In this document: positions 25,862 to 40,300 of the stretch, piece by piece
Layout of the letters: each line of letters opens with the position of its first letter
Numbering within the stretch: the first letter of the stretch is position 1
DNA from: Octopus sinensis
Lineage: Eukaryota
NCBI RefSeq assembly: GCF_006345805.1
Contig: NC_043003.1
Span: 96,038,001 to 96,102,000 of the forward strand
DNA length: 64,000 bases
Direction of reading: 5' to 3'
The notes under the pieces: model-generated
Databases searched by the model: none
Seen by the model: only the letters and a program-made list of their open reading frames with translations
What the model was told of the DNA's origin: nothing
Program-made: the position numbers and the translations under genes

Positions 25862-26294
25862 GGATCTTTTCGGTTTGAACAGTAGCTTTTAACATAATTT
25901 CTAGGTAACTAAAAAATTTTAAACTTCGTATACTAGTAGAATGTGTTTATAAAACATCTTTTTCTCTTGGCTTTATTGAGAAAATTCTATAGTTTGTAAG
26001 ATATTTGGTCATTAATTTCTTGCATTTCGGCAATTTCAACCAATCAATGACCGTCTATTGAGGTGAAAACATTCTGTGCCATATGAATATGTCCCTTGTT
26101 TAAGAAACCGATTGGGTTTATTTACACTTGTGAAGAAAAAAAGATACCCTTCTCCCTACCCCTAACCCTAACCCTAACTAACCCTAACCCTAAAATAGAT
26201 TGAAATGCAATAGATCGATACTAGGGTCATAATTATGGGTGACAATTTCATATGACACCGCTAGAAAAAACTGCCGTTCAAACCGAAAGGATCC
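25862..26294. mobile_element. TA-flanked MITE with ~20-28 bp TIRs, carrying (CCCTAA)n
   Basis: TA|GGATCTTTTCGGTTTGAAC ... GTTCAAACCGAAAGGATCC|TA inside (TA)n. Confidence 0.75.
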
Positions 26295-26405
26295 TATATA
26301 TATTTTTATATATATATATATAGCGGTGTCATATGAAATTGTCACCCATAATTATGACCCTAGTATCGATCTATTGCATTTCAATCTATTTTAGGGTTAG
26401 GGTTA
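26179..26405. repeat. Perfect 85-bp inverted duplication (26179-26263 / 26321-26405)
   Basis: Base-by-base reverse complement; 57-bp spacer contains the MITE end and (TA)n. Confidence 0.9.
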
Positions 26406-27297
26406 TATATATATATAGATATATATATAATTTTCATTCAAATGTTGAGGATGCTTTAGTTCAGTAATATATCTTTCAAGAGATTTGGGGGAATTTTCTT
26501 TTTATTTATTTTAGTTCTTTGTTCTTATTTTGTGAAGAAACCTAACTTCAACCAAATTTTTACAAATCAATTTTTAAACACTATTTTGTAAGCTTGAGAA
26601 AGGTATGTAGGAGGTGCAATATTGAATTAGTGCACCCCCCCTGCACCCTCTATTTCGAGGCCCATGAGTGCATATAGTATATAATATTCATGTAGGTAGT
26701 TTAACCAGTCTTTTCTATTCATATAATTGTTATGTTAGTAAACCAGACATCTGTTCACCAATCTCATGTGACAAATATAGATCAGTTAAAATAAAACAAA
26801 AATTTAAAAAAAAACATATAAAAGTACACACACACACAAAGTGGTATTTGAATTTAGAATTTGGGATTGAGGGAATGGCAGGAGTTCTGCTGTGTGAAAA
26901 GCTAATGATTCATTCTTGTATTTATCAAGGTTTATCTAAGTTCCTCATTGTGTGTGATCATCTACATGATAAAACTATGAGACAGAAATGCTTCAAGTCT
27001 TTTGTTTTTCACCTGAATGATCAAATGTCATAAAAAATTTAGTGGTTTTCCACTAAATAAACTCTACTACATTCGGTAGGGCCTCCCCTGTTTCTAATCC
27101 AAATAATGTGAATACATATGTACACACACACACACACACACACAATTTAAATAATATGAATACATGTGTACATTCATACACACACATTCTATTGACAGAT
27201 ATATGAGTGAATTTTTTCCCTGACACATGGACTTTTAGACAACTTACACACACACACATGTGTGTGTGTGAGAGAATTGTAATGTTGTAGGAGAGAA

Positions 27298-28960
27298 ATG
27301 TGTCTGCATGGATGATGGCTCACTTGCATTTAATGATGCTGCGAAGAGAGAGACTTGGAGAAACCACTATGAAAGGTTACTGAAGGAAGAAAACGAATGG
27401 GAGAAAGAGAGTCTGCCAAATGTCAACCCAGCAGAGGGACCAGCTATTTGAATTGACAGTACCTTGGTAGATAAAGCAATTAAGGGTATGAAGACAGGGA
27501 AAGCACCCAGCCCATCAGGAATCACTGCTGAGATGCTTAAAATATCTGGTAGTGTCAGCTATAGTCTAGTCACCCAGGTGACACATAAAGGAATCATACT
27601 CAATGACTGGTGTAGCAGCACCATAGTCAACTGCTACAAAAGTAAAGGTGACACATTGGTTAGGAATAATTACAGTGGTATCAAATTGTTGAATCAGGTG
27701 ATGAAACTCATGGAGAGGGTCATAGCCCAACTAATTAGGGATAGAAGCACCACTGATGCTATATTTCTGGTATGACAACTTCAGGAGAAATTCCTTGCCA
27801 AAGATAAGCTTCTGTACTTGGCTTTCATTGACATGGAAAAAGCTTTTGACAGGGTCCCCCTGATCCCTTATCTGGTGGTCAATGCAGAAACTAGGGATAG
27901 ATGAGTGGTTGGTGAGAGCTGTACAAGGATTCTGTCAGTAAGGTTAGGGTTGGCAATGAGTATAGTGAAGAATTCTGGTTAGATGTAGGGGTTCACCAAG
28001 GATCAGTCCTCAGTTCCCTCTTATTCATCACAATCCTCCAGGCAATATCAGAGGAATTCAAGTCAAGCTGCCTGAGAGCTCCTCTATGCTGGTCTAGCAA
28101 AAAAAAGTCTTAGTAAGTAGGAAGGCAGATAAATCACAAATCCCTTCAGATAGATGCCCTCCCACACACACACACACTTGATCTGTAGAAAAGGCATAGG
28201 TAGAAACTCCATAAGATGTACCCAGTGTAAGTTATGGACACATAAGAGGTGCAGCAATATCAAAGGAAGGCTAACTGGGAAGATAGTATTTATGTGTGAC
28301 AGTTGCACAAGGGCAATAAACACCAAAGATGTGCAGAAAACAGATTCTATCACATGCCAGGGGGAAAACCTAGAAGTAGTTGATTGTTTCCATTACCTCG
28401 GTGACCAAGTCAGTAGTTGGGGTGGATGCTCTGAGAGCATAGCTGCTAGAATAAGAATAGCCTGGGCAAAGTTGAGAAAGCTCCTACCTCTGCTGGCAAC
28501 AAAGGGCCTCTTGCTCAGAGTAAAAGGTAGACAGTATGATGCATGGGTGCGAACAGCCATGCAACACAGCAGTGAAACATGGGCTGTGACTGCTGAGGAC
28601 ATGTGTAGGCTTGAAAGAAATGAAGCTAGTATGCTCCGTAGGATGTGTAATGTCAGTGTGCATACACAAGAGTTTAAGTGCCCTGAGTAAAAAGTTGGAC
28701 ATAAGAAGCATCAGATGTTGTGTGCAAGGGAGGTGAATGTGCTGGTATGGTCATGTGTTGTGTATGGATGAAGACAGTGTCACACCCTAACAGTAGAGGG
28801 AACCTGTAGAAGAGGTAGACCCAGGAAGACAAGGGATGAGGTGGCGAAACACAACTTTTGAATGTTGGGTCTCACAGAGTCAATGCCAAGCAACTGAGAC
28901 TTTTGGAGATATGCTGTGCTTGAGAAACCCAGCAAGTCAAGCAAGATCGTAGCTATGGCC
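27298..28960 (+). mobile_element. Degenerate RTE LINE (RT to C-terminus) with deletions
   Basis: ORFs 27464-27775 and 28154-28690 colinear with the 16-17.7 kb copy. Confidence 0.9.
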
Positions 28961-29217
28961 AATGCTAGTCTTGCATAACTGGCCTGTTTAAAAATACCTT
29001 TCAATCATCAGGCAATATGCTTCATAATTTCTCTGAGACACATGAGATGTCAACATTCAAGCACATTTACACATGCACATACACACACATATATACATAT
29101 ATGTGTATATGTATGTGTGTGATTGTACATATATGTAGATATACATATGTGTTTATATATATACATGTATGCATGTGTGCATACATGTGTGTGTGTGTGT
29201 ATGTGTGTGTGTGTGTT

Positions 29218-29255
<38 letters not shown>

Positions 29256-30789
29256 CACATATGATAGATTTTCTACTGCTCCTACAGTTTCTGTGTTCCG
29301 AAGTCACTCATAAAACCTTGGACGACCTATGAAATATTGCAGAAAACATTTGTCTGAGTTGTCATTGAACTTAAAATCCCATGCTTACGAAGCAAACTTC
29401 TTAGCTACATATCCACACTTGAGCCGATACAACCAACTCTCTCTTCTTGCAGAACGTGTAGCTATATCAATACAAATCAGTAATAGCACTTAAAAAGAAA
29501 CAGTGCACCAACAATGTCTAACGATAGACATTTATTCTGGTAATGTTTTAAGTATTAACCACACAAATGTGCTACATACATGACACACACATATTGATTG
29601 ATTGATTGATTGATTGGTTGGTTCATTGATTGATGTATAACTCTTGAGTATTGATGATCTGGTATTTTATTACTGTAATTGTTATCTCAGCAAATAAAGT
29701 TATCAATTTGGAACCAAAGCTATTTGCTGTTACTAACTTACGTAATGCTTTTCGACACCACAAAAAATTCTGTCTCTGCTAGTAAAATAAATATGTTCTC
29801 TTGGTCTCTCTTAACAATTAAACTTTATTTTTGTCGTTCATATTGCTCTAAATTAGTGTTCTTTTTCTTCACGTGCTCAGGTCACCACAGTCACCTTAGC
29901 AGATAACCTCATTCTGTTTGGGTGGGAATATTCACAAGATATTTGACTTGCTGAAAATTAATTAAAAGCGAAGAAGTTAGGGAATAAATGTAACAAATAT
30001 AGTTTAACAGTAACAGTTTGAACTTGCAACACCTCTTGTGTGTATGTATGTGAGCGTGAGAAAGAGAGAGAAAGTGTGTGTGTGTGTCTGTGCGATGAGT
30101 GTGCGTGTTTATGAATAAGTACATGTGCATACAATTACATACATGTCCATACATGTACATATATATATATAATTATATATATATGGAGATGTACTTGCAT
30201 AGCAAGTGATTTGATCTCAGATCGTGTGCTGAAACGAAAACAATTGCAGCGTGGAAAGTGTTTGTAAGCCATTTAAGAAACACACAAAAGCCGTTCGATT
30301 CACTTCAACATTTAAGTTAATTTGTCAAAATATTTTCTGCGCTTTAAGACCGCGACCTGTTCACTGACAAAAATCGAACAATCGTAGGCTCATAGAAGTA
30401 CTGCTTGAAGCATCTGATGGGAAGGAAGACCATATTGGGAGAGAAAAAAACTAGCAGATTCTATGAGACAACCTTCTGAAGGCCCAAGGTTAAGATATAA
30501 GTTTGATACAAAGCCCCAAACTGATGTAATTGAATATGGGAGTGTAATAGTGTAATAAATAGGTCCATAAAAGATAAGAGATAGGCCTGGGCAGACTTGA
30601 AGGAAGCATGAATCAAACAACTATAATACAGTCAGAAGGGAAGTTAGACAGCAGATATACTTGGCTAGCGGAGAAGGAGAAAGAAAGAAGTTTGCTCATG
30701 CTATGTGGTGAGAGGATCAGAGGCAAAAGGCATACAGAATAGTGAAACCATGTACTAAAGGGAATTGAGATGTCATTAGGAAGAAGTAT

Positions 30790-31100
30790 AATGACTCAGT
30801 GGTTAGAGTGTCGGGCTCACAATCATGATGTATTAAGTTCAATTCCTGGGCTAGGCTGTGTGTTGTGTTCTTGAGTAAGACACCTTATTTCATGTTGCTC
30901 CACTCCACTCAGCTGGTGCCAAACTGTATTGATTGGCCTTTGCCTTTCCCTTGTATAACATCGGTGGCATGGAGAAGGGAGACTGGTATGTATGGGTGAC
31001 TGCTGGTCTTCCATAAACACCCTTACCCAGACTTGTGCCTTGGAGGGGAACTTTCTTAGATGCAATCCCATGGTCATTCATGACTAAAGGAGGTCTTTAT
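30790..31100 (+). mobile_element. tRNA-derived SINE family 4 variant
   Basis: GACTCAGTGGTTAGAGTGTCGGGCTC head, TTCTTGAGTAAGACACC core; related to 62584-62908. Confidence 0.55.
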
Positions 31101-32049
31101 CCTTATATACAGGGTGATGGTGGTGCAGTTATTCTCACTGACATTAAAAAGAAAGAGCTATTATGAGAGATGGCTGAATGTTGATAAAGCATAGGAGAGA
31201 GTGAGAGCTTGATCTCAAGTAGACACGAAAGCGGGACCAACCATTCAAGTAGGGTAAATTGGGTGATTGTGGATATGAATGCAGGGAAAGCGGCGGCCCA
31301 TTAGAAATGACAGATATGCTTGAAATATTTCGGTGAAGTAGGAGATACATTAATCAGTCAAACTCAGAGAGAGAGGAAGAGAGAGAGACCAGAGTTAGGC
31401 TGGTCAAAGACAGAACACAAGGAGACGGAATTTTGTGATTTAGGGTAACATAACTGAACGAATGGGTTTAACATTGCCACTGCTGGAGCAAAAGAATAGT
31501 AATTCTGATAATGAGATATAATTGGGCACCACAAAACAGCAAAACCTCAGACTGCCAGGGTGAAAGAATATTAATGATAATAATGAGACAGAATTGGGCA
31601 TTTGCATACTTAACTAGAGCTATAACCAACAGGTTTTGGTCAGCCAAACTGTGACAAAATTATATAAATGAATGAATAAATGACAATAATAAATGAGTGT
31701 GAAAGAGAGGGAGAAAGAATATATATATATATATATGTATGTATGTATATATATGGTTTTGTGTGTGTATCTTTGTGTCTGTGTTTGTCCCCCTCACTAC
31801 CGCTTGACACTTGATGTTGGTGTATTTGTGTCCCCATAACTTCATGGTTCAGCAAAAGAGACCAATAAAATAAGTACTAGGCTTACGAAGAATAAGCCCT
31901 GGGGCCGAATTCTTCAACTAAAAAAATCTTTTAAAGAGTTGTTCCAGCATGGCCACAGTCAAATGACTGTAAAGAATAAAACAATATATATATTTATAAA
32001 TTGTTTTTTAACCACTGGTAGAATATATATACATACATATATATATATA

Positions 32050-32235
32050 TGATAGATCGCTAGCCACTACACATTCTTTATTTTCTCTCCTTATTTCTCT
32101 CTGTATTCCTTTCTGTGGAAGAGTGTAGGCTCGAAATGTTAAAGACTTTTTCACTCCCCGAGCGTTAAACTAATACATCTGTTTGTTGTCTATACAAACT
32201 GTCTTTGCCTTTTGTTTTTTTGTAAATTCTCCCTA
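32050..32235 (+). repeat. Penelope pseudo-LTR-like repeat with degenerate hammerhead-like motif
   Basis: CTGTGGAAGAGTGTAGGCTCGAAA then GAGCGTTAAACTAATACATCTGTTTGTTG; second copy on the minus strand at ~54570-54690. Confidence 0.5.
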
Positions 32236-32263
32236 CAAAAGTTTGTGACTTAAGTTTATATAT

Positions 32264-32267
<4 letters not shown>

Positions 32268-32298
<31 letters not shown>

Positions 32299-32830
32299 TT
32301 AACGTCCGTTTTCCATGCTAGCATGGGTTGGACGATTTTGACTGAGGGGAGGCAACCAGATGGCTGCACCAGGCTCCAGTCTTGATCTGGCAGAGTTTCT
32401 ACAGCTGGATGCCCTTCCTAACGCCAACCACTCCAAGAGTGTAATGGGTGCTTTTTACGTGCCACCTGCACAGGGGCCAGTCAGGCGGTACTGGCAATGA
32501 CCTCGCGTGAATCCTTTTACACGTGCCAGTGAAACGACATTGGTAACGATCACGCTCGAATGGTGCCCTTTTATGTGCCACGAGTATGGAAGCCAGTTGG
32601 CTGCTCTGGCAATGATCACGCTCGGATGGTGCTCTTGGCACCCTACTAGCACAGGCATAAGTGCCAGTAAGGCGACGCTGGTAACGATCATACTCGAATA
32701 GCCGTTCTGTCAACGATCACACTCGTATGGTGCTCTTTGCACCCCGCTAGCACAGATGCCAGTCATCGAAATGATTTTGATTTTGATTTTGATTTCACTT
32801 GCCTCAACAGGTCTTCGCAAGCAAAGTTTA
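32268..32830 (-). mobile_element. RTE 3' UTR/tail with expanded ~50-bp modules
   Basis: (CAT)n-TTTAACGTCCG tail, core, several GTGCCA..GGTGC modules, CTTGCCTCAACAGGTCTTCGCAAGC. Confidence 0.75.
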
Positions 32831-32919
32831 GTGACCAAAGAAGGAAAAGCTACGCATAAGCGGGCTCGTTATGCTCCCGGCATAGGCCACAGGTTATGGT
32901 TTCATCTGGCTTGCTGGGT

Positions 32920-32962
<43 letters not shown>

Positions 32963-33718
32963 AAACTTAAGTCACAATATATGGATTCAGATAATCCAGT
33001 AGTACTCATAAAGAAAGGTCTTTAATCTATCATTCTTCCAATCAGAATATATAGTGCAATGCAAGAGAAAATGATGAGTGTATAAAGGCATAAAGGACAG
33101 AGAACTAGCTTGATGAAGTATATTTAACAATAAGAAAATTCAAATATTACGACAAATTGTTTCATTACTTAAAAACATGTATATAATTTATATTATTATA
33201 TTTAATAATAAATATATTACTTAGAGGTCTGTATTAATGCAAAATGCAAAAAATCTTTCAAAATAATGCAGAATTTAAGCTATGTCCTCAGGCGAAGGAA
33301 AGTTTTTGTTAAATAGTAAATTCTCAACGTAATATTTAAGAGATTATGGAAGACAATATTAATAAAATTGATATAAAATAATAAAATGTTTGTATAATAA
33401 ATGGAAGGGAATTTTAGTAATATAATTAAAAAATAACTATTATTAGTACAATGAAAGAAATTTTATTTATTACTAAAAATCTAGAAAATAAATGATTGTA
33501 AAAATAGAGACAAAATAACTGAAACTAAATAAAAGTATGTAGAGATAATATTTATGAAATATAGGGATTGATATCAACAAGAAAATATGAATAATATCAT
33601 GCCATTGTAGTTGCCCCCACCCTCTCTCTCTCCCTCTCCATCCCCCCCTCTCTCTCTCGCTATATATATATATATATGCATATATATGTATATATATGTA
33701 TATATATGCATATATATG

Positions 33719-33808
<90 letters not shown>

Positions 33809-34385
33809 AGCTTTACAACCATTTGAAACACAGAGAACTGAATATTCCATTTTGAAATGAGCACTTTGCAAACTTGACCTCAATCCCAGATAATCCTTGG
33901 CCTAAACATGTTTATAATGTTTGCAGTAGACTGCCTGTTTATCTAAAGTTGGACTTGCTAATCATATGAGATCTCATGGCAGCAATTACTAATTAAAGAT
34001 AGGACTTTCTTCTGTAAAGGAAAAGAAACTACACACACACACACATGCAAGTAAGTGCACAGGCACAAAACAAAGTGGAAAAATAGTACTCAAATAGTAA
34101 AGGCAGAGTAAAATACTGTTTTATTGAAACCATAACACCCCCTGAGGTTCACATAATCATTCATCCCAAAGAATATATATGATATATATTATGTATTATA
34201 TTATTCTATATTATATTATGTATTATATTACATTATATTGCATAGTTATATTATATCACATCACATAATGCGTTATATATTATATATTATATTACGCACA
34301 CACACACACACACGTAAATATGTGTACATATATATATAAATCCAAATAAGAATAGAAGAAAGATTTTATCACCTCTTTATCACCT

Positions 34386-35530
34386 GAGGGAGCAACTACC
34401 TGAATTGACAGTAGCCTGGTAGATAAAGCAATTAAGGATATGAAGACAGGGAAAGCCCATCAGGAATCACTGCAGAAATGCTTAAAATATCTGGCTGTAT
34501 GGGTTCTGGTTTAGTCACCCGTATCATAAATCATGTAGTTCATGAAGGAGTCAAACCCAATGACTGGTGTAGCAGCACCATAGACAACTACTACAAAGGT
34601 AAAGGTGATGCTTTAGACAGAAATAACTACAGGGGTATCAAATTGCTGAATGAGTTGATGAAAGTTAAGGAGAGGGTCATAGCCTAACTAATTTGGGAGA
34701 GAGTCTGCTTAGATGAGATGTAGTTTGGTTCTGTGCCTGATAGAAGTATGGCTGATGCTATATTTCTAGTAAGGCAACTGCAGGATAAATACCTAGCCAA
34801 AGATAAACTTGGCTTTTGTTGACTTGGAGAAAGCCTTTGACAGGATCCCCTGATCCCTTATCTAGTGGTCATTGCAGAAACTTGGGTTAGACAAGTGGTT
34901 GGTAAAAGCTGTACAAGCCATGTATAGGGATGCTGTCAGTAAGGTGAGGGTCGACAACGAGTGTAGTGAAGAATTCTAGGTAGCAGTAGGGGTTCACCAA
35001 GGATTAGTCCTCAGCCCCATGTAATAAACCCCATTCGAGCGTGTTTTGATGCTAGTGCCGTCTGACTGGCTCCCATGCCGGTGGAATGTAAAAAGCACTA
35101 TGCGAATGTGGTCAATGCCAGTGCTCCCTGACTGGCTCCTGTACTGATGGCATGTAAAAGGCACCATATGAACGTGGTCGAGACCGCTGCACCCTGACTA
35201 GCTCCTGTGTTGGTGGCACACAAAATGCACCATCCAAATGTAGTCGATGCTAGTGCCCCTTGACTGGCTCCTGTGCTGGTGGCACATAAAAAATACCATC
35301 CATATGTGGTTGATACCAGTGCTGCCTGACTGGCTCCCATGCTGGAGGCACATAAAAAGCATCCACTATACTCTCAGAGTTGTTGACGTTTGAAAGGGCA
35401 TCCAACTGTAGAAATCTTGCCAGATCAGATTGGAGCCTGATGCAGCCTACTGGCTTTCCAGTCCTCAGTCAAACCATCCAACTTATGCCAGCATAGAAAA
35501 CAGGCATTAAACGACGACGACGATGATGAG
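34386..35530 (+). mobile_element. RTE LINE fragment: RT N-half joined by internal deletion to the 3' UTR/tail
   Basis: ORF 34478-34687 (NYRGIKLL); AFVDLEKAFD and VGVHQG motifs, then modules and tail. Confidence 0.8.
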
Positions 35531-35548
35531 GATTTAATGACCAGAGGC

Positions 35549-37396
35549 TAAAAAAATTTAATTGATCAGCCATTAAAAAAAGGGTGCCTAGCAAACTAAC
35601 AAACAAAGGTAAGTGTGGTCCTTTTTGAGATGAAAGATTTGGTTGCTATTTCTAGCTGGTCAAGAGAACGGCTCAAAATATCATGCAGTAATTAGTTACA
35701 GCCTTTACATTTTGACCAGAAATCCCATTATTGTCAACTCTGCAGTTTATCATTCCAGGAACATTAAAGCAAAGTATTGGGAAAAAAATGTACTTAATAC
35801 ACTCTGTGAAGTGAATTGTGTTAGGAAGGGTATCCAGTTGTAGAAATGAAACCCTAATGAAACTTACAAATAAGATGAGTGTGTGAAATATGGTATAGAC
35901 AGTCATGAGACCTAGCCTCAGAATCAAGTGGATTTGCAAAGGTTAGAGAGAAATGAGGCAAGCATTCTTCACTAAATGTGCAATGTCAGTATGCATAAAC
36001 AATATAATACCAATTATCTGAGAGAAAAAGCTGTATATAAGAGGAAATAGATATAGTTTGCTAAAGATACAGTTTGTTAATGTGGGAAAGAGGTGCATAT
36101 GGATGGTGACAACTGCAAAAGACATTGCCGAGTGCTCAAAGTCGATGGTGCCTGTAGAGGAGGAAGACATAGAATGAAGTGGTGAAAACTGATTTCAAGG
36201 CGCTTGAACCTTACAAAAGAGATTACAAGTAGGCTTAGGAGTGGCTGTGTGGTAAGTAGCTTGCTTACCAACCACATGGTTCCAGGTTCAGTCCCACAGC
36301 GTGGCACCTTGGGCAAGTGTCTTCTACTATAGCCTTGGGCCGACCAAAGCCTTGTGAGTGGTCGTTTTTCTTCTCGCACTAACTTAAGCTGCTCAAGCTG
36401 CTGGCAGTAGATCTCCTTTATTATCGTTTGGTTTGGGTTTAAAAGTTTAAACTGGACTAAACCTTTCATATCTCACCAAACAGATATCAGCACCTTATGT
36501 GGGTGAAGACCTTTTTTAGCCTGGGGTATCAGTGTTTCTCCTTTCCCTATCCACTGTCATCAGCGCTTGACATTTTTATAGAGATCCCATTTTTCCTCAC
36601 CAGTCACTATTCAGTCAAAACAAGGTTCATTCATGAGATGTGATAGCAAAGAAGAGCATAAATTCACTTGCTATGCATGATTAGACTCAGAAAGTTTGTG
36701 AGGAATCCATTGACCCAATTTGCTGACTTTTCCGATAACACATAGGTGTCAATGAATGGTTGAATGACCAAATCCAAGCTTCTCTGCTAGTTCTTCAACA
36801 GTTACAATGGGATTTTGCTCCACCAGGGTTTGCAGGACATCTTTGTAAAGCTCTACAGATCTTCCAGAATGAAGCTTGTCCTCTAGGCTGTAGTTTCCAG
36901 CTCATAATTTCTGGAACCACCATTGACATTGGCTTATGCTTATTGTCCTATCCCCATATACTGTATTAATATTCCTCACACTTTCTGTTGTGTTGTTGCC
37001 TTTATTGAACTCATAAAGCAAAATATGCTGGATGTGCACCTTTGTCATTTCTATTATAGTTTTGAAAAAATAAATGTTAAAATCAAACTGCATTAAGAAT
37101 AAGAAAGTAAAATTACCACCTGTTTTTATAGCAAGTTCACGCAGGCAGTTTATCCCTTCCCCTCTGACTTTTACTTCATGCAGTTGAAATAACTGCATTA
37201 TTTATGGGATGACCCAATGTATAGTACTGTGATCTACTTATATTAATTACAGTGGCACAAAGATAAAGCAGATAAAAGAGTGCTGGAAGGCTGAGCACTA
37301 AGGTGACAAATGGGAAAACAGGCGTAGATTAGATAGGGACATATTTGGTAAGTGACCCAGACATGGGCATACACATTATGCTTCCAGTCTTCATCA
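35549..37396. repeat. Left outer arm (A) of a large inverted duplication; partner 49169-51017
   Basis: Mirror ORF pairs (e.g. 36902-37198- / 49367-49663+, 36077-36469- / 50096-50488+) differ by only a few residues; endpoints align by eye. Confidence 0.95.
36365..37222 (-). mobile_element. Mariner 5' half (TIR + transposase N-terminal two-thirds), truncated by a SINE
   Basis: MTKVHIQHILLYEFNKGNNTTES.RNIN, WIPHKL, VTGEEKW, PHKVLISVW, QTIIKEIYCQQLEQL. Confidence 0.85.
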
Positions 37397-40300
37397 CGTC
37401 AGCTTTTATTTTGTATCAACAATTTTTTGCCTAGAGTTTTCATTGCCTACTTTTTCCTATATTTTTAAAAACACTTTTGGCCTACATTGTTTTATTAACT
37501 ATTTTTTGCCTATATTTTGTATCAACTGTTTTTCACCTATATTTTTCTCAACTATATTTTGCCTACATCTTTTCTCAACTATTGCTTGCCTACTTCTCAA
37601 CTAGTTTTTGCCTATAGTTTTGTCTATATTTTTGCCATTTCATAGAACATGAAAAATTAGGCAACCAAGTAGCAAACATAGTTGACAAAAAATATAGAGG
37701 CAAAAAATACATAAAACAATATACGCAAAAATAGTTGATAAAAATGTAGGCAAATATATATTACATTGGCAAAGTTCAGTTCATAAAACGATATAGGCTA
37801 AAACCATAAGCAAAAACTAATAGGCAAGAAAGAGTTCACATTTCATAAAAAATACCGGCATAACTATAGACAAAAATATAGGCAAAACTATAGGCAAAAA
37901 TCTAAAGGGTACTACATGCTAAAACTATAGGTGGCAAAACTATAACAGCAAAAAAATTGACTTAATATAGGCTGAAACTTCAGCCTATAGTTTTTGTCAC
38001 CTATAATTATCAACTATATTGTTTTATGATATAATATATATTTTCATCAGCTTGTCTATAGGTCTGCCAATAGTTTTTTAGTCTATAGTTTTTTGCCTAT
38101 AGACTATAAGTCTGCCTATAGCTTTGCCTATAGTTTTAGCCTATTTATTTATTAGTCCTACCTAATTTTAGCCTATAGTTTAGCCTATAGTTATGCCCAT
38201 ACTTTTCCTATAGATTAGCCTAGTTTTTACATCTATAGTTTTGTCGCCTATAGTTTTTCACCGAAATTTAGACTGTAGTTCTGTCTATAGTTTTAGCCTA
38301 TAGTTTGCCTATAGTTTTGTCACCTAAATTTAGACTATAGTTCTCTCTATAGTTTGCATAGTATTTTCAGCCTTTGCCTATAGTTGTTCACCTATACTCT
38401 TGTCGCCTATAGTTCTTCACCTATAATTAGTTTAGCCTAGTGTTGCCTATAGTTTTTTGGTCTATAGTAATTTTCTATATCTGCCTATAGTTCTGTCTAT
38501 ACTTTGTCTTATAGCAATTTCATCCTATAGTTTGCCGATAGTTTTTTAACTATATAGTTTTACCTATAGCTTTAGACTATAGTGCTGCCTATATTTTTAG
38601 CCTATAGTACATTCTGCCTATATTTTTAGCTATCATTTGCCTATCGTTTTTATCACCTAAAGTTTTGCGTATAGTTTTTGCCTATAGTTATTTATCAAAC
38701 GTGAACTTTTCTTCCCTATAGATTTTAGTCTATAGTTTGCCTAGACGGTTTCACGTATAGCTTCAGCCTATAGTTGGCTTTAGTTATTCATATATTATTT
38801 ATCAAAACTGAATTTTTCTTCCTTATATATTTTAGCCTATAGTTTTGCCTATATTTTTATCGAATGTGAATCTTCTTGCTTATATATTTTAGCCTATAGT
38901 TTTGCCTATAGCTTTTAGCATATAGTTTTTGTGATTTTTAGCCTATTTTTTATCAACTATATTGTTTTATGATATAATATATAATACTGTTTTATGAATT
39001 TTCGCCTATATTTTTATAGCCTTATATTTTCTTTCCTTATATTTTTAGCTCTATATTTTTTGTCAACCATGTCTGCTACTTGGTTACCTATTTTTTCATG
39101 AACTATTTTTTTGTCTATAATGTTTTATGAAATGGCAAAAAATATAGACAAAACTATAGGCAAAATGTAGTTGAGTAGGCAAACAACAGTTGAGAAAAGA
39201 CGTAGGCAAAATATAGTTGAGAAAAATATAGGCGAAAAACAGTTGATACAAAATATAGTTAATAAAACAACATCATCATCATCATCATCATCGTTTAACG
39301 TCCGTTCTCCATGCTAGCATGGGTTGGACGGTTCGACCGGGGATTGGGGAAGCCAGAAGGTGCACCAGGCTCCAGTCTTATCTGGCAATGTTTCTACAGC
39401 TGGATGCCCTTCCTAACGCCAACCACTCCGTGGGTGTAATGGGTGCTTTTTACGTGCCACCTGCACAGGTGCCAGGCGAGGCTGGCAACGTCCACGGTCG
39501 GATTGGTGCATTTTACATGCCACCAGCATGTAAGCCAGTCGAGGCGGCACTGGCACCGGCCACGATTCAGATGGTGCTTTTTACGTGCCACCAGCACGGA
39601 AGCCAGTCAAGGCGGCACTGGCATCGGCCACGATTCGGATAGTGCTTTTTACGTACCACCAGTTCAGGGGTCCTGGCATCTGCCGGGTGCCAGTCATAGG
39701 ATTGGTTCAATCTCGATTCCGAATTTGATTTCACTTGCCCCAACAGGTCTTCGCAAGCAAAGGGGGGTTGGCATGGGTGCCTGTCGTCGGATGAGGTTCT
39801 ATATCGACTTCGCTTGCCTCAACAGGTCTTTGTGTGTCCAAGGGAGGAAAGGCATGCATAAGTGGGCTGGACTCACTTGTCCTGCCTGGTCTTCTCATGC
39901 ACAGCATATTTCCAAAGGTCTTGGTCACTGGTCATTTCCTCAGTGAGGCCTAAAGTTCAAAGGTCGTGCTTCACCACCTCGCCCCAGGTTTTCCTGGGTC
40001 TACCTCTTCCACGGGTTCCCTCAACTGCTAGGGATTGGCACTTTTTCACATACCTATCTTCATCCATTCTTGCCACATGACCATACCAGCGCAGTCGTCT
40101 CTCTTGCACACCACAACTGATGCTTCTTAGGTCTAACATTTCTCTCAAGGTACTAACGCTCTGTCAAGTATGCACACTGACATTACACATCCATCGGAGC
40201 ATACTGGCTTCATTCCTCGCAAGCTTATGCATGTCCTCAGCAGTCACAGCCCATGTTTCACTGCCATGTAGCATGGCTGTTCGTACACAAGCGTCATACA

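Noticed and set aside
26153-26193. Telomere or chromosome-fusion site
   Set aside because: Only ~6 degenerate units, and they lie inside a TIR element
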